A stretch of DNA of 64,000 nucleotides from a virus (Duplodnaviria; Caudoviricetes), in IMG/VR virus record IMGVR_UViG_3300023435_000009; one strand, given 5' to 3'. Positions 19,497 to 28,179 of the stretch are shown here, in pieces. Numbering within the stretch: the stretch's first letter is position 1; each line of letters starts with the position of its first letter. The translations under genes were made by a program, and so were the position numbers. The notes under the pieces are model-generated. The model had not been told where the DNA came from. It searched no databases and saw only the letters and a program-made list of their open reading frames with translations.

Positions 19497-20092
19497 TCGT
19501 GATCACCGTTGCCAGGAAGCCCTTGGAGGGCACTGTGGCCCAAACTGTGATGGGATACGGAACGGGTGGTCTGAACATTGGTGCCTGTCGCCTCCGAACC
19601 ACTGAGGTGGGGAAGGAGCGGGAGTACAAGGACCGGGAAGATCGAGAGAACTGGCGGATCACTGGAGGCTCCACGGGGAGTGGGGCGACATCCTCTGCGG
19701 GACGTTGGCCTGCTAACCTGATCCTCCAGCATCACCCTGACTGCGTTCGGTTGGGGACGGTGATGGTGGATGGTTTCAAGGGGCACACGGTCAAGGAACA
19801 AGCGGATGGTCACATCCAGTTCAACCACAAACCTCCTGGTTACGAGAAGGTGAACCACACGGATGCGGATGGGAAGGAGCCGGTGGAGACGTGGCATTGT
19901 GCTCCGGGTTGCCCCGTTCAGGCCCTGGATGGACAGAGTGGTGTTTCCACGAGCCAGGTTAGAGTAGAAGAGGGGGCAGGGGAGCATCTTGATCCCTCCC
20001 GAGAGGACTGGCGCTTCAAGAGAGTCCCTGGCGGTTATGTGGATACCGGGGGAGCATCGAGATACTTCAAAAGGATCGGAGGTCGATCATGA
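19493..20092 (+). CDS. Split MTase middle module B5
   Basis: MIVITVARKPLEG..GRWPANL..GGASRYFKRI. Confidence 0.85.
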   Translation: MIVITVARKPLEGTVAQTVMGYGTGGLNIGACRLRTTEVGKEREYKDREDRENWRITGGSTGSGATSSAGRWPANLILQHHPDCVRLGTVMVDGFKGHTVKEQADGHIQFNHKPPGYEKVNHTDADGKEPVETWHCAPGCPVQALDGQSGVSTSQVRVEEGAGEHLDPSREDWRFKRVPGGYVDTGGASRYFKRIGGRS

Positions 20093-20640
20093 TCGTTATC
20101 CATGTTGCAAGAAAGCCCCTCATCGGGTCCGTGGCCAAGAACGTTCTGGCACATGGCACAGGAGGTCTGAACATCGACGGTTGTCGGATCGGTTCAGACG
20201 AAGCGGGCTGGGGTGGACGTGGGGGTGGCCTCAAGAACTGGAACGACAAGGGGGTCGGAATGAAGGAGGGTGCTGCTCGTCCCGTCGTTGGACGTTGGCC
20301 CGCCAACCTTGTGTTGGAGCACACCCCACAGTGCAAACTGAAGGGGCGTCGTCCGATGTCTACCCTTGACGTTGTAGAACAGGGCACCATCGTGGATAGT
20401 GCAGGTTATGTGGAGATCTGGGATTGTGTGGAGGGGTGTCCCGCCAAGGAGACCGTCACACAAGGTGGCAGTTCCGACTTCTTCTTCCAGGTCCAGGGTA
20501 TTGAAGACCCGCCGGAGTACAGCCACGCCGCTGGGGATGTCGTCTGTCAAACGTGTGGGAAGCCCTACAGCGAGCATCCCCTGGATGCCCGTTATGACTG
20601 GCTGAACGTATTGTGTGATGGGTCGCTGGTGAAACTCTAG
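20089..20640 (+). CDS. Split MTase middle module B6 with extra Cys/His tail
   Basis: MIVIHVARKPLIG..LNIDGCR..GRWPANL..GGSSDFFFQV, followed by CQTCGKPYSEH. Confidence 0.83.
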   Translation: MIVIHVARKPLIGSVAKNVLAHGTGGLNIDGCRIGSDEAGWGGRGGGLKNWNDKGVGMKEGAARPVVGRWPANLVLEHTPQCKLKGRRPMSTLDVVEQGTIVDSAGYVEIWDCVEGCPAKETVTQGGSSDFFFQVQGIEDPPEYSHAAGDVVCQTCGKPYSEHPLDARYDWLNVLCDGSLVKL

Positions 20641-21596
20641 GAAACCTTCCTGATGATCCGTTTGACGTGGCGACCCTTGTCCAACGTCCCTGGTTCCACC
20701 AGAACTTTAGTCCCGATTTTCAACCGGAGTTCCCTGAGACAGGTGTTGCAGATCCACCGGGTTGTTCCATCATCCAGCCACACCTTAATCGAAGCGACAT
20801 TCCCACAGGCTTGGGCGCTGATGATATCTGCGAAGGCCCTGTTCCTTTTGTTCGTGGCGACGTCCTTTTTTCGCACCACCCCGCATTTGCCCTTATGCGG
20901 TTTCGGAGGAGCATATTCTTCGGTCCTTTGGTACTCGAAGATGTACCGCACGATCACCTGATCGGGTGAGTAGACGACATTCTCATCGTGTTTGAGCTTC
21001 CCACCCCAGCTTGAGGTATGGCCCGCCACCCCGGCTACCGAGTGGAACCCTTCGGCTTGTACCTTGTCCAGGGTGTACTTTGTCGGGGACGGGCACTCCA
21101 GCACTTTTCCCAGGGCCGCATCCACCTGGAGGATATAGCAGGCATCTCCGCCACGGTATCGCCAGCCCCAGCCCGTGTATCCGAAGGCCTTGGTGGGGGA
21201 TCCCATGTAGATGCCGGAACCGAACAGGCAACCGCCTCGGCCCGTCTGCAAGCCCTTTCGGGTGATGTCCCCGATGTTGCGCGAGGTGGTCCCGTGGTAA
21301 AGGGATCGGACGTTCCCGACTTCCTGTGTCACCTCCGCAAAGAGGGCCTCCTGTTCCTCGGTGTTCTTGACCACCCAGGCTGCGGAACAAATGTAGCCCC
21401 GGTACCGAGGAGCCAGACTCCGTCGTGCCTTCCCGATGGCCAGAGGTTTGCCCTTCTCTTTGAACTCGGCCAAGACCCGGATCTTCCCCAGTGGGATGGG
21501 TTTGGGCGGTGGTGGGTCCGGCGGGACAGTACGAGGATCGATCCTTTTGCTCTGGGGTCGGCTCTTCCCGCTGCTCCTGTTCTTTCGTTTGCCCAT
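20637..21596 (-). CDS. PARP-catalytic-domain ADP-ribosyltransferase (H-Y-E type)
   Basis: LYHGT..GL..FGSGIYM..KAFGY..VDAALGK..SVAG..DENVVY..Q, plus a C-terminal Cys cluster. Confidence 0.8.
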   Translation of the reverse strand: MGKRKNRSSGKSRPQSKRIDPRTVPPDPPPPKPIPLGKIRVLAEFKEKGKPLAIGKARRSLAPRYRGYICSAAWVVKNTEEQEALFAEVTQEVGNVRSLYHGTTSRNIGDITRKGLQTGRGGCLFGSGIYMGSPTKAFGYTGWGWRYRGGDACYILQVDAALGKVLECPSPTKYTLDKVQAEGFHSVAGVAGHTSSWGGKLKHDENVVYSPDQVIVRYIFEYQRTEEYAPPKPHKGKCGVVRKKDVATNKRNRAFADIISAQACGNVASIKVWLDDGTTRWICNTCLRELRLKIGTKVLVEPGTLDKGRHVKRIIRKVS

Positions 21597-21616
21597 GCAC
21601 CTCTCCTACACCTTTT

Positions 21617-21644
21617 CTACTCTAACTAGAGGGCGGATGATCCC
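21617..21644 (-). promoter_or_regulatory. Bipartite motif GGGATCATC-N13-GAGTAG upstream of the PARP-like gene
   Basis: One of seven intact copies with exact 13-nt spacing. Confidence 0.7.
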
Positions 21645-21664
21645 GTGATGGAGTAGGATAACAC

Positions 21665-22264
21665 ATGGCGACGTTGAGAGAACGCATCGACCGGATTCAT
21701 AAAGAGATTGACATCACTCAGGTGTTGTCGGATCTGGGGTATCCAGTACATATGGGAGGGGGCTATCGGGAGCAGCAGTTCCCGTGTGACTTGCACGGTG
21801 ATGGGCACGACAACAAACCTTCGGCTCGGGTGTATCCTGAGTCATCTTCTTGGTACTGTTTTGGCTGCTCTAAGGCAAGAGACGCTATTGATACAATACA
21901 GGCTAAGGAGGGAATCACCTTCCATGAAGCCATCCGCAAACTGGAGGCAGACTACAATCTCCCGTCGCTTCCCTGGGACGATGATCGCCCCCTTCCCCCT
22001 TCGGAAACGCTACGGGGGACTGTTAAAGCTTCCGTGGATCCTACCAGGACGTTGGCAGATGACCTGAAAACGATCCGGTCCACGTTAGGTTGGATCACTG
22101 AAGAACGGTTGTTGGGGATGGACAGAACGCTTACGTTTTGGGAGGCCGTAGATCAGGTGGCTTACAAGGTAGAGAACGAGTTGATGCCGGAACAGATGGG
22201 CCGTCAGGTTCTGACGGTTTTCCAAGAGCGGTTGGATGGGGCTATTCAGGGGGGCGAAGGATGA
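21665..22264 (+). CDS. Stand-alone primase CHC2 zinc-finger protein (no TOPRIM)
   Basis: FPCDLHGD..KPSARVY..WYCFGC..DAI..EGITFHEAIRKL. Confidence 0.8.
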   Translation: MATLRERIDRIHKEIDITQVLSDLGYPVHMGGGYREQQFPCDLHGDGHDNKPSARVYPESSSWYCFGCSKARDAIDTIQAKEGITFHEAIRKLEADYNLPSLPWDDDRPLPPSETLRGTVKASVDPTRTLADDLKTIRSTLGWITEERLLGMDRTLTFWEAVDQVAYKVENELMPEQMGRQVLTVFQERLDGAIQGGEG

Positions 22265-22704
22265 GGATCTTCCTGGAGTTCAAGCTGCAAACCGCTGAGT
22301 GGGGTGAGGTGCCAGTTTCCAGGATCCTCCCTACCCCAGATGAACCGCTGTGGGGCCGAGCGGCACCGCTGCGGGACACGCCGTGGGGGGGTGGGATCCA
22401 AACCGTGTCCGGCGAGGATTTCTCCAATGCCCTGCACGGACACGTCGTGCCGTTGGTTCGTTCGCTGGGTACCCCTCCGGCAGTCAGGTTGCGCCGTATC
22501 CCCGAGGGATGGCGCACCTGTGACATGTCGAATGGGTGCATCTCGTACAAGCCAGAAAACTGCCACCCCTGCAAGGATCTCCCGGACTGTTACGTTCCTC
22601 CTCAGGTGTCCTCGGACGCCCTGGCGTTGGCAACCCACGTTGTCCTCGCCTGGAGGGACGGATTTCATGTGGTTGTTGTGAAGGGCGGAGAGTTCACGCT
22701 GTAG
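22261..22704 (+). CDS. Hypothetical Cys-rich protein
   Basis: ATGA-coupled; contains CDMSNGC..CHPCKDLPDC. Confidence 0.6.
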   Translation: MRIFLEFKLQTAEWGEVPVSRILPTPDEPLWGRAAPLRDTPWGGGIQTVSGEDFSNALHGHVVPLVRSLGTPPAVRLRRIPEGWRTCDMSNGCISYKPENCHPCKDLPDCYVPPQVSSDALALATHVVLAWRDGFHVVVVKGGEFTL

Positions 22705-22727
22705 AGTAGGACAAGGGTGGAGGAAAG

Positions 22728-25700
22728 ATGGATAAAGACAACGACGGTCTGGTAATGCTCATTCCCGGAGAGGAATCCCCCAAGGTCACCCCAAAGACCG
22801 AAGAACCCGTGACGGAGGACCCGGAGGCCATTGACGTCTTCAACTTTTTTGCGGACAACGACGAGTTGAACCCGCAGCGGCTCTGGAAACCCTGGATGGA
22901 CGAAAAGAAGTTCGTCCTCGGGACCGTGGACAACATCACTCAGATCATGGACGAGTGCATCGAATCAGGGCGGTATGCCCTTGATCTTGAGACCACGGGT
23001 TTGGACAATCGGCTCAAGAAGACGGCCAGCGGGCACTACTGCACCGTTGACCACATTGCTGGCGTTTGTCTGAGCGCCGATGGTGTCACAGGGTATTACA
23101 TTCCGATTCATCATGTGAAGGTGGGGGAGGACGGACTCAGGGAAGACCGAGCCTGCAACATCCCGATAGGCATCTTCGACCGGGAATTCCGGCGGCTCAT
23201 CAAAGCGACCGAGGATGGTCTCACCGTCGCAGACTTCCACAACGGTAAATTTGACCAGGAGTTCCTCCAGTTCAATGAGACAGGAATCCCCTGGGGTGAA
23301 TGGGACCGCCCCGCAATGTGGGACGACACCCTCATCGCCGCCTACATGCGGAACACCCGAGCCAGACGCCGGGGTCTTAAGGCATTGTCCGAAGCTCCCG
23401 TGGATTCTCCCCCGGAGAACACCGTGGGTGGTCCGGGTCTGGGCATGGAGATGATCGACCTCTACGAGTTGTGGGGGCACAAGAAGGAGCAGCGAGGTTT
23501 CAACTATGACTTCTCGGTCCTTGACCCGACCGAGGGGCCTGCCCTGTGGTACGGATGCAGCGACGCCATCTGCACCTGGCTGCTCGACCCGGTCCTGATG
23601 CCCTCTGCCAAGGAAAAGGACACGGATGGGATCAGCCAGGCGGCGATCTACAAGATCGAGAAGGTCTGCGTAGCAGCCACTCGTTGGATGGAGCGCAATC
23701 TCATCCACATCAACCGAGACAAGGTCCAAGAGTTGGTTTCGTTGGGCCAGCAGGAATGGTTCGACTCCATCGTAGAGGTCTACACGGAGGCGTCCAAGAT
23801 CTTGGGCCGGGACGTGATGCCTGATCTCTACAAGGAGGTCCAGCGGAACTTTGTGGCCAATGACCCTGACAACCTCCTGCGAACGCAGCTTGAGAAGGCG
23901 GACAGCCTCACGAAGCGCAATCCTGGCATGCCCCCCGTGTTGAAGGGGGAGGAGTCCTGGCCTGCAGTCTACGACGTGAACTCCCAGAAGCAGCTTGGGA
24001 CGATGTTCAATGAGATGGAGGTGCCGGGCCTCAAGTTCACGGAGAAGTCCGGTCAGGTCAAAACGTCCAAGGACGAGTTGAACAGGATCATTGAGGAAGC
24101 GGGCCAGAAGTTCCCGTTCATGGCGAAGATCAAACGCTTCCGGGAGGTGGCCAAGGCGCTGTCTACCTACCTGGAGTCGATGTTGCTGGCGAGTGACCCT
24201 GAAGATGACTCCATGCGGATCAACTTCAACGGGCACAAAGTGGATACGGGCCGCTTCAGCACCCCTGCGAAGGAGTCCGCAGGCGACAGGCGCAAAGGTC
24301 GGATGATCGGTTGGCCAGAGTTGAACGTCCAGTCAATGCCGAACCGTTACGATCCTGACCGCCCGGAGTGCATGAACAGATTGCGGGAATGTTTCGGTGT
24401 CAGGACTGTGCCCAAGGATGCACCACCCCGTTTCCTAGTGGCAATAGATTATGCTGGCGTGGAATTACGGTTGGCTACCAATATTTCGGGTGAGCCTAAA
24501 TGGTTGGCTGAGTTTTTCCATTGTTCTTCCTGTGACCGAACCTTCGAACGAACACCTCGCACAGGTGCTGACATAATAGCCACTATAACCCCCGTACCTC
24601 CTCCTGCACGGTGCCCGAACTGTGGTAGTGACAAGATAGGGGACTTGCACACCCTGACAGGACTCTCCATTTATGGGGCTGACGCTACGAGCAGGCCCGA
24701 TTGGAAGAACCTTCGTGGTCATTCGAAAGCAACCAACTTTGCATTGTCCTACGGTGGCGGAGGGAGCGCTGTGTGTCGGGCTACGGGAGTGGATCGGAAC
24801 GAGGGTCAGCGGATTAAGAACCAGTTCGACAACACCTACTACGGCCTGAAGCGGTGGTGGAACAGTCAGCATAAATACGCCAAAACATACGGTTACGTGC
24901 GGACAGCCTTCGGTCGGAAGTATCCTGTACCGGACATCTACAACGAAGACGGGGGTTTCCGGTCCAAGGCAGAGAGGAATAGTGTGAACGGACCCATTCA
25001 AGGTTGTATTCGATTTGATGAAAGGGTAGCTAGTAGTATAGGGTTGCTAGACATCCAGACGTTGTTCCAGAGGCAATTTCCAGGTCTTCTGTTTTGGACT
25101 GGTGTAAAATGGGTGGCTGGGCGTGTGCTGGCTTCAGGGGAAAAGCTCGATTGTTGTACGGAACTAAGCAATGGCAATACGTTACACACTAGTCCAGATC
25201 ATCAGTTTCGAGTACTGACGGAACAGGGGCTGGGGTGGGTGGCACAGAAAGAACTGTGTTCCGAAACTTGGGTAGTTACCAATGCAACATCTGTAACAAC
25301 GACGGATGTTCCCCATTACCAATGGGATAGAGCAAGAGATCCTCAACGAGGACACCTGTTTTCGAAAGGAATGACGTCGCACAATGCCAAACGTTTTCTG
25401 TTTGCTGGTAATTCCGCCGTACTATGGGAGTTTTTGGGTGCTATCTACGGGGACGGTTCAATCCAACAGAACGCCTTCATCTTGCACATTGGTGAGTCCA
25501 ACCTTTCAAAAATCCCAGCGGGGCAGCGGTCTTCAGAATGGATGCTGAAACTCAACACCCATTTGCAGGTGGAAGCAATAACAAGGAAGCAACGACGACG
25601 AGAAGACGACAACAGACAGGACATGTGGCAGGTTAAAGTACTGAACAAAGATTTCAGGACGTTTTGTCGTGACGTGCTCGGTGTGTTAGATCAAACAACA

Positions 25701-27083
25701 CACACAAAAAGATTTCCTGTTGCTTTGTGGAGCGAAACATCTGAAAACAGGGCGGCTTTTTTGCGAGGTTATTTTGATACTGACGGCACAGTGTCACCTC
25801 GAACCCCCAAAAAAGCGGATGCAGCGCCTGCTTTTCGTAGTGCCAATTTTGAACTTCTTTCAGACACCCAAAAATTACTCCATTCGTTAGGTATCCGGGC
25901 GTCCCTGCGACGACGGGGAATGTGGGTACGTGTGCTTGACAGAACACGTTTTCGGGATTTGGTCGGATCGTCTTTAGACTACAAACGGAAAAGGCTCGAC
26001 GATATGCGTGTGGGTTACTACCATAACCAGCGACATTGTCTTCCGCCTTTCCTGGTGAAAAAGATCGGGAGACTAGTCAAAACCTCTAGTGTTTACGCTC
26101 CTTTGCCTAGAGCTAAAAAGTCTGCGGTGCTAAGAATGGTCGCAGGAGCAGCAAGTAAAGAACAGTGTCTTGTTTATTTCAATCAACTTCCGATAGAGGA
26201 ACAACCGGAGGAGTTGCGGCGGTTGTTGCAGTATGACTATGAAAAAGCAGTTCTTACGGAACAGTCGGAACGAACCGTCCCAATGTACGATGTTGAGATC
26301 TTTGATGAAGACCATGCCTTCGTTTGCAACAATATCATCGTTCACAACAGTTCCGCTGACGTCACCAAAACTGCGATGGCTCTGATTTACAAGGAATGTA
26401 AGCGTCGGGGTTGGTTGGACAAGGTGGCCATGAACATCACTATGCATGATGAGCTTGTCTTTGAGGTAGATGCTGACGTGCTGGAAGAGGCTGTTCCTGT
26501 CCTGGTCGATTTAATGGTGGCCAACGATTACATTTTGGTCAAGAACTGGCCTGTACCGTTCACCACCGATGTCGAGATCGGTACTGACTGGACAGTTCCC
26601 TGGGACCTCAATGCGATGAGGTATGGGGAGGTGCGGTTCCACGAAGGCAAAAAGTATGGCAAAAAGAAGGATCTCCCGGAAGGTGTTGTTTGGGATGATC
26701 TCCCGTCTTGGCCTGAGGAGTTGGCCCCCTGGTTCAAGGAGGCCCAGGGCGCACCAGCCGCTGGGGTGTCTACGTCGCTTTCTGTGGCGTTCCCGAAGGG
26801 AGAGGCCCCCGAGGTGCCCAGTGTCGTCCCAGTGACGTCTCTCGCCCCCACAGCGGTTCCTGGGGAGGACTACTTCTTTCAGCTTCCTGGTCCGATGACG
26901 TACAAACTGGCGGGTCAGCTTGCAGAGATCATTGCCGAGTGTCACGGAAAAGGATCAAGTCCATTGCGCCTCAGGACAGTTGAGGGTATAGAGGTAGAAG
27001 GTTGGTTGGAGGGATTGAACCTCACGACGATCCGGGTGAGCCCTGTACAATTAGAAACCCTGATCCAGTACGTTTTCCGGTAG
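22728..27083 (+). CDS. polA: Family A DNA polymerase (3'-5' exo + pol) with intein
   Basis: ALDLETTG, FHNGKFD, TGRFST..LNVQS, motif A IDYAGVELR, motif B RGHSKATNFALSYG, NGPIQG|SSAD, motif C ITMHDELVFE. Confidence 0.93.
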   Translation: MDKDNDGLVMLIPGEESPKVTPKTEEPVTEDPEAIDVFNFFADNDELNPQRLWKPWMDEKKFVLGTVDNITQIMDECIESGRYALDLETTGLDNRLKKTASGHYCTVDHIAGVCLSADGVTGYYIPIHHVKVGEDGLREDRACNIPIGIFDREFRRLIKATEDGLTVADFHNGKFDQEFLQFNETGIPWGEWDRPAMWDDTLIAAYMRNTRARRRGLKALSEAPVDSPPENTVGGPGLGMEMIDLYELWGHKKEQRGFNYDFSVLDPTEGPALWYGCSDAICTWLLDPVLMPSAKEKDTDGISQAAIYKIEKVCVAATRWMERNLIHINRDKVQELVSLGQQEWFDSIVEVYTEASKILGRDVMPDLYKEVQRNFVANDPDNLLRTQLEKADSLTKRNPGMPPVLKGEESWPAVYDVNSQKQLGTMFNEMEVPGLKFTEKSGQVKTSKDELNRIIEEAGQKFPFMAKIKRFREVAKALSTYLESMLLASDPEDDSMRINFNGHKVDTGRFSTPAKESAGDRRKGRMIGWPELNVQSMPNRYDPDRPECMNRLRECFGVRTVPKDAPPRFLVAIDYAGVELRLATNISGEPKWLAEFFHCSSCDRTFERTPRTGADIIATITPVPPPARCPNCGSDKIGDLHTLTGLSIYGADATSRPDWKNLRGHSKATNFALSYGGGGSAVCRATGVDRNEGQRIKNQFDNTYYGLKRWWNSQHKYAKTYGYVRTAFGRKYPVPDIYNEDGGFRSKAERNSVNGPIQGCIRFDERVASSIGLLDIQTLFQRQFPGLLFWTGVKWVAGRVLASGEKLDCCTELSNGNTLHTSPDHQFRVLTEQGLGWVAQKELCSETWVVTNATSVTTTDVPHYQWDRARDPQRGHLFSKGMTSHNAKRFLFAGNSAVLWEFLGAIYGDGSIQQNAFILHIGESNLSKIPAGQRSSEWMLKLNTHLQVEAITRKQRRREDDNRQDMWQVKVLNKDFRTFCRDVLGVLDQTTHTKRFPVALWSETSENRAAFLRGYFDTDGTVSPRTPKKADAAPAFRSANFELLSDTQKLLHSLGIRASLRRRGMWVRVLDRTRFRDLVGSSLDYKRKRLDDMRVGYYHNQRHCLPPFLVKKIGRLVKTSSVYAPLPRAKKSAVLRMVAGAASKEQCLVYFNQLPIEEQPEELRRLLQYDYEKAVLTEQSERTVPMYDVEIFDEDHAFVCNNIIVHNSSADVTKTAMALIYKECKRRGWLDKVAMNITMHDELVFEVDADVLEEAVPVLVDLMVANDYILVKNWPVPFTTDVEIGTDWTVPWDLNAMRYGEVRFHEGKKYGKKKDLPEGVVWDDLPSWPEELAPWFKEAQGAPAAGVSTSLSVAFPKGEAPEVPSVVPVTSLAPTAVPGEDYFFQLPGPMTYKLAGQLAEIIAECHGKGSSPLRLRTVEGIEVEGWLEGLNLTTIRVSPVQLETLIQYVFR
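25005..26348 (+). mobile_element. Intein with LAGLIDADG endonuclease in PolA (448 aa)
   Basis: CIRFDE...IIVHN|S; GAIYGDG and RGYFDTDG. Confidence 0.92.
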
Positions 27084-27109
27084 ATGGTGGGTAGGGTGTT
27101 CTCGGGGGT

Positions 27110-27487
27110 GTGCCGATGAGAATATTACGTGCCGAGTTGGATGGGAAAAAGGTACAATTAGCCTGTGCTCATTGGCGGAGTTTTCCGCCTTTGGCAGCGG
27201 GCCGAAAGAAGTCCTCCGACGAGCTACGTTCCGAAGGCATCATCGATGACGCCGAGTATCAACGTTTCCAGATCTGGGAGAAGATTTGTGGCCTCATCAC
27301 AATGGACCCAGACAAGTGTCTCAAATGCCCCCATGTCCGTAAAGCCATGTTCCATAAACAACTTCCTTCGCTTGTTAGCCTAGACGGAAAAATCGTCACC
27401 CCCACTTTGGATCTGCCTTCTTTGGAAAGTTCCGCCCGGCATCGTAAATTCCTGGAGATGATTACCCCTCCAGGCGGAGGGAGATGA
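27110..27487 (+). CDS. Hypothetical protein
   Basis: ORF in coupled operon; CLKCPH motif. Confidence 0.6.
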   Translation: MPMRILRAELDGKKVQLACAHWRSFPPLAAGRKKSSDELRSEGIIDDAEYQRFQIWEKICGLITMDPDKCLKCPHVRKAMFHKQLPSLVSLDGKIVTPTLDLPSLESSARHRKFLEMITPPGGGR

Positions 27488-28179
27488 TGCAGGACTTGTT
27501 ACAGGGGTGCATGGCAGAGGATCGGGGCCTTGACGCTAAGAGTTTTCAGGAGATATTCTGTGCTCATTGCCGAAACCCAGGGTGCCGATTGGCAAAGTGG
27601 GGGGTGGACAGGTTCGGGGCCAGGGTTGCAGTCCAGGTGGACCGGATGCTCAACCCCCTCAGGGTTGATGCTCGGGACTATGCTGCACTGGCAGACTTTC
27701 CTGATATGTCCGAGTACGCCGAAGCAATTGCAGCGGCGGAACAGAAGGGGGATTGGTCTGTACCGGAAATCCCAATCAGGGATGGAAACACCGAGACCGC
27801 CACTCTGACTACCACCTCAGCGGTAGATGCCGCTGCCCAGGTGCTGGCCCGGAGTCGGGGTCAGGAGATGAACCTGGACCCGCCTGAACAGACTCCCGTC
27901 CCCACCGAATTCCCTGAGGACACTGAAGCGTTGATGGGGGGCACGCCTGTCCCGGAACCAGTCCCCGAGCCGGAACCCCCGGCACCGTCAAAGAAGGAAG
28001 CTCCGTCGCCTCATCCCCCAACGGGGAACACTGAGGCCCCCTCCGGTGGGTTGATGATAGATGAGGGACCTCCCCCAGCGTCGCCGCACATCCCGCAGGG
28101 GGATCCCTGGACAGCGAGTCCCGTGGTAGACAACTTGGTCAAGCCAGGGGCACGCATCCAGTTAGGGGGGAAGAAATGA
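27484..28179 (+). CDS. Hypothetical protein with Pro-rich C-terminus
   Basis: ATGA-coupled; CAHCRNPGC. Confidence 0.65.
   Translation: MMQDLLQGCMAEDRGLDAKSFQEIFCAHCRNPGCRLAKWGVDRFGARVAVQVDRMLNPLRVDARDYAALADFPDMSEYAEAIAAAEQKGDWSVPEIPIRDGNTETATLTTTSAVDAAAQVLARSRGQEMNLDPPEQTPVPTEFPEDTEALMGGTPVPEPVPEPEPPAPSKKEAPSPHPPTGNTEAPSGGLMIDEGPPPASPHIPQGDPWTASPVVDNLVKPGARIQLGGKK

Noticed and set aside
12861-20640. Fusion of MTase modules by stop readthrough, recoded genetic code or ribosomal frameshift
   Set aside because: The junctions are ordinary ATGA/GTGA overlaps in the -1 frame with no shared slippery heptamer. Only two junctions are A-to-B, and fusion would duplicate the VxRK segment. TAA, TAG and TGA all end clear genes elsewhere in the window.
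12861-20640. Diversity-generating retroelement or CRISPR array explaining the repeats
   Set aside because: No reverse transcriptase or cas gene is in the window. The repeats are coding blocks with no adenine-specific template/variable pair and no repeat-spacer periodicity.
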